From contig CDROCS010000122.1 of NCBI GenBank assembly GCA_977020255.1, positions 124,001 to 188,000 of the forward strand: a stretch of 64,000 nucleotides of DNA, given 5' to 3'. The position numbers and the translations under genes are program-made. Shown one piece after another: positions 20,833 through 29,797 of this stretch. Under the pieces are notes generated by a model that saw only the letters and a list, made by a program, of their open reading frames with translations, did no database searches and had not been told where the DNA came from. This stretch comes from Obrimoposthia wandeli. Lineage: Eukaryota. Each line of letters starts with the position of its first letter. Position 1 is the stretch's first letter.

Positions 20833-21601
20833 CTTGATCCAACCGCTCTAAATAATTTAATAATGTTTTATACGCAAAAACACCACGACAATTACGTGCA
20901 AACAGTGACGGTGGCATATGCTTCATACTTGCATCACGAAACTTTGTATCTATTGGTACTGCTGATGCCCATATTTGATCAGGAAAGCGCATTTTTAATT
21001 CTTGTAATGTCTGCAATGAGGCACGTGTACGTTTGTCGTACATCGTCGGCACAATGCTTACCTTAAAACCTGATGGACGTGATTTTTGCATAATCTGGAG
21101 TGTTCGCATCATACGTTCAAGCCCTTTCATGGCTAGAAATTCGGTTTGAACGGGGATCAAAATACGATCACTGGCCGCTAATGCATTCACCATCATTACC
21201 CCTAGTACCGGCGGGCAATCAATCAAGACATAATCATAATCGTCGATTAGGTTATTCAAGGCTTTTTTAAGCACTAATCCCATACCACCACGGCTTCCCA
21301 TTACGCGATCTAACGTCGCCAGAGACATATGAGCTGGTATAATATCAATATTTTCAAACGCTGTATTAAGAATCAAAGGCTGTACTGCGCTTCGAGTCAC
21401 CTCAGGCAACTGAAATAAATCGAAAAGACTTGCAGGCAAAGAGTCCGAATCAAACTTTAGATATGTTGTCAACGAAGCATGTGGATCGGTGTCGACTAAT
21501 AACACTCGCTTTTTCCGCTCACTTAATAAACCAGCAAGAGTGACAGTCGTGGTCGTTTTACCGACACCACCCTTTTGATTAGCAATGCTCCAGATTTTCA
21601 A
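20822..21601 (-). CDS. ParA-family ATPase for chemotaxis array positioning (ParC-like)
   Basis: ANQKGGVGKTTT and DCPP; TTG start at 21601 with AAGGAG upstream. Confidence 0.88.
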   Translation of the reverse strand: MKIWSIANQKGGVGKTTTTVTLAGLLSERKKRVLLVDTDPHASLTTYLKFDSDSLPASLFDLFQLPEVTRSAVQPLILNTAFENIDIIPAHMSLATLDRVMGSRGGMGLVLKKALNNLIDDYDYVLIDCPPVLGVMMVNALAASDRILIPVQTEFLAMKGLERMMRTLQIMQKSRPSGFKVSIVPTMYDKRTRASLQTLQELKMRFPDQIWASAVPIDTKFRDASMKHMPPSLFARNCRGVFAYKTLLNYLERLDQDER

Positions 21602-21611
21602 AGCCGACTCC

Positions 21612-22796
21612 TTACAGTCCAACTTCCACTAAAATACGTTCAGCAAAACGTTCTAATGGTAAATCTTCCGTTGAGATACCGGCTTTTGCAACAGCTTGCG
21701 GCATACCGTAAACCACACAACTATCTTCATCTTGTGCCCAAACAGTTGAACCATTTGTCTTTAACATTCGCGCACCCTCACGCCCATCAGCCCCCATACC
21801 AGTAAGGATCATCGACAATACTTTATCGTTATAAACCTTAGCGGCAGAGCCAAATGTCACATCCACACACGGTTTATAGTTCATGCGATCGCCGCCATCC
21901 AATATACGAAGGCGAGCAGAACCAGGTCGTCCTTCAAGCATCATTTGCTTGCCACCAGGTGCTAAATAAGCGACACCAGCACGCAATGTATCGCCGTCTT
22001 CTGCTTCTTTCACACTAATTTTGCTCAGATTATTCAAACGAGCAGCAAATGCAGCAGTAAACGTTGCTGGCATGTGTTGAACTAACACGATTGGGTACGG
22101 AAAGTTTGCTGGCAATTTCGTCAATATTTTTTGCAACGCAACAGGCCCTCCCGTCGATGTACCTATTGCCATCAATTGGTATTTCTTACCCGATGCTTTA
22201 AAGCGTGCCATTGGCTTCGCGGCTACGGCAGAATGCATCGTCTGTCGAGTCGTCGAAGTCGGTGCTACGCGTGCCGCTATGGTTCGAGGCGTTGTCGTAA
22301 GAGCAGCTTCGCGAGTTAATGCCGTGTTTGCAGGTGCTGAGTGGCGACTAACAGGTGCAACGGCGGGTGTCGTTCTTAGAGGGCGGCGCATAAACATGCG
22401 TTTCCGTGCTAATTCACCGACACGCTTTTGCAACAAACTAATGGCATCATCGCGATTTCGCGCAATATCTTCAAATTTCTTAGGCAGAAAGTCTAAAGCC
22501 CCCGCATCTAATGCATCAAGTGTCGCTTTTGCCCCTTCTTGGGTTAGCGATGAAAACATTAAAATAGGTGTTGGCAAAACCTTCATTATTTCCCGAACCG
22601 CTGTAATGCCATCCATTACAGGCATTTCAATGTCCATGGTAATAACGTCTGGTTGCAGCTTCTGCGTTAATTCAACGGCTTCTTTGCCATTAACCGCATT
22701 GCCTATTACCTCTAAACGAGGATCAGCATTTATAATTTCACTTACTCGGCGACGGAAAAAACTGGAATCGTCCACCACCAAAACTTTAACTGTCAT
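21612..22796 (-). CDS. cheB: Chemotaxis methylesterase response regulator
   Basis: REC domain plus GTSTGGP, QHMP and LTGMGADG. Confidence 0.97.
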   Translation of the reverse strand: MTVKVLVVDDSSFFRRRVSEIINADPRLEVIGNAVNGKEAVELTQKLQPDVITMDIEMPVMDGITAVREIMKVLPTPILMFSSLTQEGAKATLDALDAGALDFLPKKFEDIARNRDDAISLLQKRVGELARKRMFMRRPLRTTPAVAPVSRHSAPANTALTREAALTTTPRTIAARVAPTSTTRQTMHSAVAAKPMARFKASGKKYQLMAIGTSTGGPVALQKILTKLPANFPYPIVLVQHMPATFTAAFAARLNNLSKISVKEAEDGDTLRAGVAYLAPGGKQMMLEGRPGSARLRILDGGDRMNYKPCVDVTFGSAAKVYNDKVLSMILTGMGADGREGARMLKTNGSTVWAQDEDSCVVYGMPQAVAKAGISTEDLPLERFAERILVEVGL

Positions 22797-22881
22797 GTAG
22801 TTATAATCCCGTATCTACCTGATCTTAATGGCTAGGGGCATGCCTTGCCCCTACTATTATAATAATGAGTGATCAGATTAA

Positions 22882-25134
22882 TTAGTTGCCAGCGTAATGC
22901 TTTAATAAATTGGGCACATCAAGAATAAGTGCAATATGGCCATCACTTGTAATGGTTGCACCTGCCATACCTGGCGTACCTTGAAGCAAATCATCAAGAG
23001 GCTTTATTACGACTTCTTCTTGACCAATTAACGTATCAACCACAAAGCCTACACGCTGGTGACCAATCTGCACGATAACAACATGGCCATGTACACGCTC
23101 GCTCTTCAACGCAGCTCTACTTCCCGATAACCAATCTTGGAGGTAAAACAGTGGAATCGCTTTATCACGAACAATGATGGTTAATTGCCCATCGACTTTA
23201 TTCGTTTTACGCAGATCTAAATGGAAGATTTCATTCACACTCGCTAAAGGCAATGCAAAAGGCTGTTCAGAAACGCCAACCATCAATGTCGGAAGTATGG
23301 CGAGAGTCAGTGGCACTTTAATATCAATTCGGGTGCCTTTTCCTAAGGCGGAATCAATATAAATTGAACCATTTAATTGGTTAATCGCTGTTTTCACAAC
23401 GTCCATGCCAACACCTCGACCCGAGATATCTGAAATCTCTTTCTTGGTCGAGAACCCCGGTGCAAAAATCAGGTTATAGGCTTCGTTATCTGATATTCGA
23501 GAAGCTGAATCAGCATCCATCACACCGCGTTCGACTGCAATTGCGCGTAATCTGTCAGCATCCATACCACCACCATCGTCTTCAATGACCAGCAATATGT
23601 GATCACCTTCTTGAGACGCTGATAACAAGATAGTGCCTACAGGCGGCTTACCTGTTTTTGCACGAACATCTGGCATTTCGATACCATGATCGACAGAGTT
23701 TCGCACCAAGTGAACTAATGGATCCGCAAGTGCTTCAACCAAGTTTTTATCAAGGTCGGTTTCTTCACCACGCATTTCCAACACGATGTCTTTCTTTAAG
23801 GTGCGTGCTAAATCTCGTACAACGCGAGGGAATCGACCAAAGACTTTCTTGATCGGTTGCATGCGGGTTTTCATTACCGCACCTTGTAAATCAGCCGTAA
23901 CTACATCAAGGTTAGATACCGCTTTTGACATATCTTCGTCATTATTGTTTAGCCCTAAACTGACTAAACGGTTTCTAACTAAAACAAGCTCACCTACCAT
24001 ATTCATGATGTTATCAAGCGTTGCGGTATCGACTCGTACTGTTGAATCTGTTTGGACTTTCGGCTTCACTTTTTCAGGCATAACTTGCTGAGGTTTACGT
24101 TCAGCAACAGGCTGAGGAATCACGGCTGCAGCGACTACTTGTTCGGTCTGCATGACTGGTGATGCTTGAGTAACAGCTGGCGAATTACTTTCAGCTATCA
24201 TTGCTTCAACAGGCTTAGTCGCGGCTTCTAATTCATCTTCTGACGGCCCCTTACCACTGCCATGCAAATCATCTAACAGACGTTCAAATTCATCATCTGA
24301 CATTAAATCACCATCACTATCAGCCACATCTATAGAGGCCGCAGCAACGGGAGTTGGCTGTGGAATCGGATCAGCAATCGTGGTTTGATTCACTGCCGGG
24401 CTATTACCCACACCATGCAGTTCATCCAGTAATCGTTCAAATTCATCATCAGTGATATCACCGCTTTCAGCTTGAATTTGAGATATCACACTCATGCCAG
24501 CAGGTACTGACTCTGGCAAATCTAGGCTGGCGGTTGGGCTCAAACCTTGACCGTGTAGTTCATCAAGCAGACGGTCGAATTCGTCTTGTGTCATATCATC
24601 CACAGAACTGCCAGCCATAGCAGATGTATTACTCTGAGCTACTGGTGGAGTGACAGGTGATAACACGGGTGTTTCAACAACAGATGTATCAACAACAATA
24701 GCAGGTTCAGCTGCTGGAATTGGCTGAGTCAGTTCTTGTGCCGTGGGTGGCTTACTGAAACGATGCATCGCTTCAAGTAGACTCGGCTTTGCTGGGTCTA
24801 ATGGCTTACTCTCTTGAACTTGCCCAAACATAATGTTGATGGCATCTAACGCTTCAAGAATAACATCCATCAGTTCAGGCGTTATTTTACGCTTACCAGT
24901 ACGCAATAAGTCGAACACGTTTTCCGCACCGTGGCACGCATCAACCAGTTCGCCTAAAGAAAGAAAACCAGCACCGCCTTTTACTGTGTGAAATCCACGA
25001 AAAATAGCATTCAGTAAATCTGAATCATCAGGATTACGCTCTAGCTCAACGAGTTGCTCCGAAAGCAACTCTAAAATTTCCCCAGCTTCAATTAAAAAGT
25101 CCTGTAGGATATCTTCGTCTAAATCAAAGCTCAT
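22882..25134 (-). CDS. cheA: Chemotaxis histidine kinase
   Basis: HPt (FRGFHTVKGGAG), HATPase (LVRNSVDHG, GRGVGMDVV) and CheW-like P5 domain. Confidence 0.97.
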   Translation of the reverse strand: MSFDLDEDILQDFLIEAGEILELLSEQLVELERNPDDSDLLNAIFRGFHTVKGGAGFLSLGELVDACHGAENVFDLLRTGKRKITPELMDVILEALDAINIMFGQVQESKPLDPAKPSLLEAMHRFSKPPTAQELTQPIPAAEPAIVVDTSVVETPVLSPVTPPVAQSNTSAMAGSSVDDMTQDEFDRLLDELHGQGLSPTASLDLPESVPAGMSVISQIQAESGDITDDEFERLLDELHGVGNSPAVNQTTIADPIPQPTPVAAASIDVADSDGDLMSDDEFERLLDDLHGSGKGPSEDELEAATKPVEAMIAESNSPAVTQASPVMQTEQVVAAAVIPQPVAERKPQQVMPEKVKPKVQTDSTVRVDTATLDNIMNMVGELVLVRNRLVSLGLNNNDEDMSKAVSNLDVVTADLQGAVMKTRMQPIKKVFGRFPRVVRDLARTLKKDIVLEMRGEETDLDKNLVEALADPLVHLVRNSVDHGIEMPDVRAKTGKPPVGTILLSASQEGDHILLVIEDDGGGMDADRLRAIAVERGVMDADSASRISDNEAYNLIFAPGFSTKKEISDISGRGVGMDVVKTAINQLNGSIYIDSALGKGTRIDIKVPLTLAILPTLMVGVSEQPFALPLASVNEIFHLDLRKTNKVDGQLTIIVRDKAIPLFYLQDWLSGSRAALKSERVHGHVVIVQIGHQRVGFVVDTLIGQEEVVIKPLDDLLQGTPGMAGATITSDGHIALILDVPNLLKHYAGN

Positions 25135-25143
25135 ATGTTTCCC

Positions 25144-25863
25144 CTAAAATCCAAGACTTGATAGCAAATCGTCAACATCATCTTGCGTAGACATGACATC
25201 TTCACGCTCTTCTGCATTAACAATTGGACCTTCAGGGGTCAGCGCTGCTGTTACCTTGAGGGTGTCTACTCTATCGTCTTGTTCCATGCCAAAGGCTTTA
25301 AGAATATCGACCAGTCGATCTTCGACTTCATGTACCAACTCAATCACACGACAAATAATTTGTCCGGTTAGGTCTTGGAAGTCCTGTGCCATCATTATTT
25401 CTGTCAGTTGATTGCGAAGTTCACCGCTATCACCTTCAACCTGTACCAATAGATGATCAATGTCGTGGCACATTGTTTTGAACTCTGAGAGTTCAATTTT
25501 GCCAGCCATTAAACGCTTCCATTGAGGGTGAACTTGAAGCAATGTTTCGTGAAGTTTATCGGCGATCGGTAAAGCACTTTCGACCGCATCCATCGTTTTA
25601 TTCGCTGCCGCTTCCGTTTTCTCAATCACATAAGAAAGACGATCGCGGGCGTCAGGTATTTCAGTTTTAGCTAAATCATTAATACGAGGATCGAGGCGAA
25701 AGTTTGCAAGCGAATCATGTAATTGCCGGGTTATTTTACCCACCTCTGCAAACATCGGTTCCTGTGAATCAGAAACAACAGTCTGCACAAATACGTTGGC
25801 TTCAGCTTGCTTACCATTTTCCAGTAAGCTAACAAGCTGTTTTGCCTGTTCGAGTGAAATCAT
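25144..25863 (-). CDS. cheZ: CheY phosphatase
   Basis: AQDFQDLTGQ and C-terminal QDDVDDLLSSLGF. Confidence 0.96.
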   Translation of the reverse strand: MISLEQAKQLVSLLENGKQAEANVFVQTVVSDSQEPMFAEVGKITRQLHDSLANFRLDPRINDLAKTEIPDARDRLSYVIEKTEAAANKTMDAVESALPIADKLHETLLQVHPQWKRLMAGKIELSEFKTMCHDIDHLLVQVEGDSGELRNQLTEIMMAQDFQDLTGQIICRVIELVHEVEDRLVDILKAFGMEQDDRVDTLKVTAALTPEGPIVNAEEREDVMSTQDDVDDLLSSLGF

Positions 25864-25904
25864 TATTATTATTACCCTTACCCTTTACACTCAATCAGCA
25901 GCCG

Positions 25905-26300
25905 TTATTGCATACGCTCGAAAACTTTATCCAGCTTCGTTTTCAGCGTTGCTGCAGTAAATGGTTTAACAATGTACCCATTCACACCAGCTTGTGCCGC
26001 TTCTATGATTTGCTCGCGCTTTGCTTCTGCCGTGATCATAAGAACAGGTAGATGCTTCAATTTTTCATCAACACGGATGTGTTTAAGTAAATCGATACCT
26101 TGCATACCTGGCATGTTCCAATCTGTAACGACAAAATCAAAATCGCCTTTTTTCAACATTGGTAATGCCGTTAAGCCATCATCAGCTTCATGGGTGTTAT
26201 TAAAGCCCAGATCACGTAATAAGTTTTTAACGATACGGCGCATTGTCGAGAAATCATCAACAATTAGGATCTTCATATTTTTGTTCAAAGTTGCCTCCAC
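25905..26300 (-). CDS. cheY: Chemotaxis response regulator
   Basis: [18 protein letters not shown] and YIVKPF. GTG 26300 taken as start; TTG 26288 is also possible. Confidence 0.95.
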   Translation of the reverse strand: MEATLNKNMKILIVDDFSTMRRIVKNLLRDLGFNNTHEADDGLTALPMLKKGDFDFVVTDWNMPGMQGIDLLKHIRVDEKLKHLPVLMITAEAKREQIIEAAQAGVNGYIVKPFTAATLKTKLDKVFERMQ

Positions 26301-26350
26301 TGAGGTCACAGTGTTTTTATCTAGGTTTTATTTAGTAATACTAAACAGTA

Positions 26351-27073
26351 TTAAGCAGTCCAAGCGGTTAGCTTAGTGCGCAAACGTTGCATAGCCTGAC
26401 TATGAATCTGGCAAATTCGGGATTCACTCACCCCAACAACGGCTCCAATCTCTTTAAGATTAAGTTCTTCGTCATAATAAAGAGATAGAACCAATGTCTC
26501 TCTTTCAGGGAGCGTTTCAATGGCATCAGCCAAAGACTGACGGAAATTATCATCTACAACACCCTGAAAGGGAAGATTTTCTTCTCGTGACGCCTCGGTT
26601 GTCACTGCATCTTCTGATACGCCAAGATCATCCATGCCAACAAGACGCCCACAATTAACATCATTTAATGCTTGATGGTACTGATCGAGCGTCATTTCGA
26701 GATGTTCAGCAATTTCTGTATCTGTAGGGTCGCGACCTAACTTATTTTCAAGCTGTGCCATGGCCTCGGTAATGCGTCGGTTATTCTTATATACAGATCG
26801 AGGAACCCAGTCACCGCGACGAATATCATCCAGCATGGCTCCTCGAATACGAATACCCGCAAAGGTTTCAAAACTCGCCCCTTTGGTTGGGTCATAATTC
26901 TGCTGTGCTTCTAGCAAACCAATCATACCTGATTGAATCAAGTCTTCGACTTGTACGCTAGAGGGAAGCCTTCCCATCAGATGATACGCAATGCGTTTAA
27001 CCAGCGACGAATAGCGCTCGATAAATGCTTGCGGGCTTTCCTTATATTGCCCATAAGCAAGCGCTTTATTCAC
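26351..27073 (-). CDS. fliA: Flagellar sigma factor sigma28
   Basis: EDLIQSGMIGL, RIRGAMLDDIR and ESRICQIHSQA. Confidence 0.97.
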   Translation of the reverse strand: MNKALAYGQYKESPQAFIERYSSLVKRIAYHLMGRLPSSVQVEDLIQSGMIGLLEAQQNYDPTKGASFETFAGIRIRGAMLDDIRRGDWVPRSVYKNNRRITEAMAQLENKLGRDPTDTEIAEHLEMTLDQYHQALNDVNCGRLVGMDDLGVSEDAVTTEASREENLPFQGVVDDNFRQSLADAIETLPERETLVLSLYYDEELNLKEIGAVVGVSESRICQIHSQAMQRLRTKLTAWTA

Positions 27074-27953
27074 CTCGTGGCACCTCTGAAGACGTTGGCC
27101 TTACCAGTAATCTTTCAACAAAAAATTCTAAATGACCACCGGGGTTATGTGGAACCGGCCAGGTTAACGCTTTGTTTGATAATGACGTTAACGCCAACGC
27201 AGCTGGGCTACGCGGGAAGGCATCAACAACAATCTTCTGCCGTTTAACCGCTTGGCGAACGCGGTCATCTAGAGGCACACAAGCAACAAGTTCAAGGTTG
27301 GCATCTAAAAAGCGTTCAGTGACTCGCGTCAACTTCGTGAATAAATCACGACCCTCACGGTAGCTTCGCACCATATTAGCAACAATTTTAAAGCGTTGTA
27401 CGTCGTATTCACGGCTTAATACTTTGATGAGTGCATAAGCATCTGTAATCGAGGTGGGTTCATCACATACGACCACCAACACATCTTGTGCTGCTCGAGC
27501 AAAGCTTAATACCATATCCGAAATACCGGCTGCAGTATCAATAAGTAACACATCAATGTCATCTTGCAAGTTACCAAAAGCGCGAATTAACCCAGCATGT
27601 TGTGCCGGAGATAGCTCTGCCATTTTTTGAGTACCTGATGAACCAGGAATGATTTTAACACCGTACGGACCTTCAAGAATCACATCTTGCAAGTCACACT
27701 GTCCTGCAAGTACATGCGATAGATTGCGCCCAGAGCGTAGACCTAACATCACATCAACGTTTGCCAACCCTAAATCGGCATCGAGCACCATCACTTTTTT
27801 ACCTTGGCGCGCCATTGAAATAGCCATGCTTAACGTCACGTTGGTTTTACCCACGCCACCTTTACCGCCAGTTACAGTAATCACTTTCGTTGACGATAAC
27901 TTTGTCATACGGCGCAAGCCGCTTGCTTGATCGTGCATCATGTTCTCAATCAT
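27066..27953 (-). CDS. flhG: MinD-like flagellar number regulator
   Basis: DQASGLR and GGKGGVGKTN; start moved to ATG 27953. Confidence 0.94.
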   Translation of the reverse strand: MIENMMHDQASGLRRMTKLSSTKVITVTGGKGGVGKTNVTLSMAISMARQGKKVMVLDADLGLANVDVMLGLRSGRNLSHVLAGQCDLQDVILEGPYGVKIIPGSSGTQKMAELSPAQHAGLIRAFGNLQDDIDVLLIDTAAGISDMVLSFARAAQDVLVVVCDEPTSITDAYALIKVLSREYDVQRFKIVANMVRSYREGRDLFTKLTRVTERFLDANLELVACVPLDDRVRQAVKRQKIVVDAFPRSPAALALTSLSNKALTWPVPHNPGGHLEFFVERLLVRPTSSEVPRGE

Positions 27954-29724
27954 AATAATCCGCCGCCTTATTATCTGAACTATCACTACTCCAGAAATGA
28001 GATTGCTGACTAATTTCTTGTTCTAATAATTCATTAGCGCGTGAGACAAGATAGTTACCAGTCGCAACTTTAATGTCTTCTGGGACACGCTGACCATCAG
28101 CTAAGTAAGCAATAGGTAATGCATTTTGTATTGTCACACACATTACCTCACCTAAACTTAGTGATTCATCCAGCTTTGTCAGCACACACCCTGAAAGCGG
28201 TATCCGACGGAAGTGTTCAATGGTTTCTTGTAATACTCGACGCTGAGCTGTTGAAGGCAAAACAAGGAAGCTACGAATATGCGCGCCACTGTTCTGCATT
28301 AAAGTATCAAGCTGCTCTGATAAACGAATATCTCGCTGCCCCATACCCGCAGTATCGAGTAGTATTAAACGTCGATGTCTTAACTGATGAAGTATATCGG
28401 CAAGTTCTTCAGCATCTTTAGCAACTCTTACCGGACATCCCATAATTCGCCCATAAGTGGCCAATTGTTCATGTGCGCCGATACGGTAAGTATCGGTTGT
28501 AACCAGTGCAATTTCATCAGCACCGAAATCCATCGCCGCTCTTGCAGCCAGCTTGGCAATGGTGGTTGTTTTACCTACACCTGTTGGCCCTAATAAAGCA
28601 ACCACTCCACCAGTTTCTAAAATACAATCATTGGTCGTAATAATTTGATCGGCTAATAAATCCAATAATGCTGGCCATGCTTCATGAGCGGGTACATCTT
28701 CTGGAATATAGCTTGCAAATTGGTCGGCAAGTTCTGATGATAAGCCCATTTTTTCTAATCGCTTTATCAACATTGCACGCATCGGTTCACGCCTTTCGAC
28801 TTCTTGCCACATCAAGCCAGATAACTGATGTTCAAGCAAACGGCGGATCGATGACATTTCTGAACGCATTGTATCGATTTCATCGTTTGAACCCGCCGAC
28901 TTCGCATCATAACGCGACGGATCTAAACGCGCCTGATTGTGACGCGAGCTATTATGGCTAAAAGAGGATTCCGTTCGACTCTGTCGGTTATCACGCCCAC
29001 GACCAAAATCAACGGCTTGCTCGCGCTGTCGTAATGCATTTTTTTGCTGTTCATTGCGTCCTGAATACGGACGTCGATTGTCACCAAAATCTAATGAATT
29101 AACCTTAGATTGTTGCGGTGAATTCATACCACGTGCAGAGAATCCTGACTGACGATTATCATTATTATCGCCACTGAAACGATCGGAAGCTGCTCGATGC
29201 CCATCGCCCCTATTCTGATAACTGTCTTGCCCTTGAGGTTCTCTTTGAGAATAAGGTTGGTTACGCGATTGCCCCGGTGAACCTGAAGGCGAACGGCCAC
29301 CACGATTATCACGGCTTGTGCGATCGTTGTTATGACGTTCAGAGGGCTCACCGTGCTGTTTAGACTGACGGTTCAATAATGCCGATAACGAATCAACATC
29401 AGCCTCTGAAGGACTATCTTTTTGCTTATCGCCAGTATAGTTCTGCAATACATTGGCAAAACGACTCGCTGCTGATTGCTTTATCTGTACCTGATCTTCA
29501 GCCAGCTTTCGCTTTGCTTGACCAAGACGATTAGCCAAAGCATCACGTGTATTTTGAGATGCTTTTGGTGGTTCATTCGCAATGTCTGTATCAACGGCAG
29601 CAACAATTTCGACTCCGCCTGTCACTTTTTTATTGGACATGATTACCGCATCAGCACCAAGCTCTTCTTTTACTTCGCTGAGTGCTGTTCGCATATCTTT
29701 GGCAAAAAATCGTTTTATTTTCAC
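27946..29724 (-). CDS. flhF: SRP-family GTPase for flagellar placement
   Basis: N-terminus MKIKRFFAKDMR, GPTGVGKTT, DTAG and TKLDE; long low-complexity insert. Confidence 0.95.
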   Translation of the reverse strand: MKIKRFFAKDMRTALSEVKEELGADAVIMSNKKVTGGVEIVAAVDTDIANEPPKASQNTRDALANRLGQAKRKLAEDQVQIKQSAASRFANVLQNYTGDKQKDSPSEADVDSLSALLNRQSKQHGEPSERHNNDRTSRDNRGGRSPSGSPGQSRNQPYSQREPQGQDSYQNRGDGHRAASDRFSGDNNDNRQSGFSARGMNSPQQSKVNSLDFGDNRRPYSGRNEQQKNALRQREQAVDFGRGRDNRQSRTESSFSHNSSRHNQARLDPSRYDAKSAGSNDEIDTMRSEMSSIRRLLEHQLSGLMWQEVERREPMRAMLIKRLEKMGLSSELADQFASYIPEDVPAHEAWPALLDLLADQIITTNDCILETGGVVALLGPTGVGKTTTIAKLAARAAMDFGADEIALVTTDTYRIGAHEQLATYGRIMGCPVRVAKDAEELADILHQLRHRRLILLDTAGMGQRDIRLSEQLDTLMQNSGAHIRSFLVLPSTAQRRVLQETIEHFRRIPLSGCVLTKLDESLSLGEVMCVTIQNALPIAYLADGQRVPEDIKVATGNYLVSRANELLEQEISQQSHFWSSDSSDNKAADYYD

Positions 29725-29797
29725 TCTTATATTCCCGTCAAATCACGCTATAACCAAAGTCGAGATTCTCATCCAATTCAAGTAATTGACCAAGCGA

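Noticed and set aside
22833-22853. Hairpin TAGGGGCA/TGCCCCTA between cheA and cheB as a terminator
   Set aside because: No T tail; more likely an mRNA-stabilising stem, so it was not called.
1302-27986. Longest-ORF starts given in the track for fadJ (3497), mlaA (10837), cheW (19684), ParC (21622), cheY (26309) and flhG (27986)
   Set aside because: The extensions overlap upstream genes or terminators and lack family-like sequence, so downstream starts were used.
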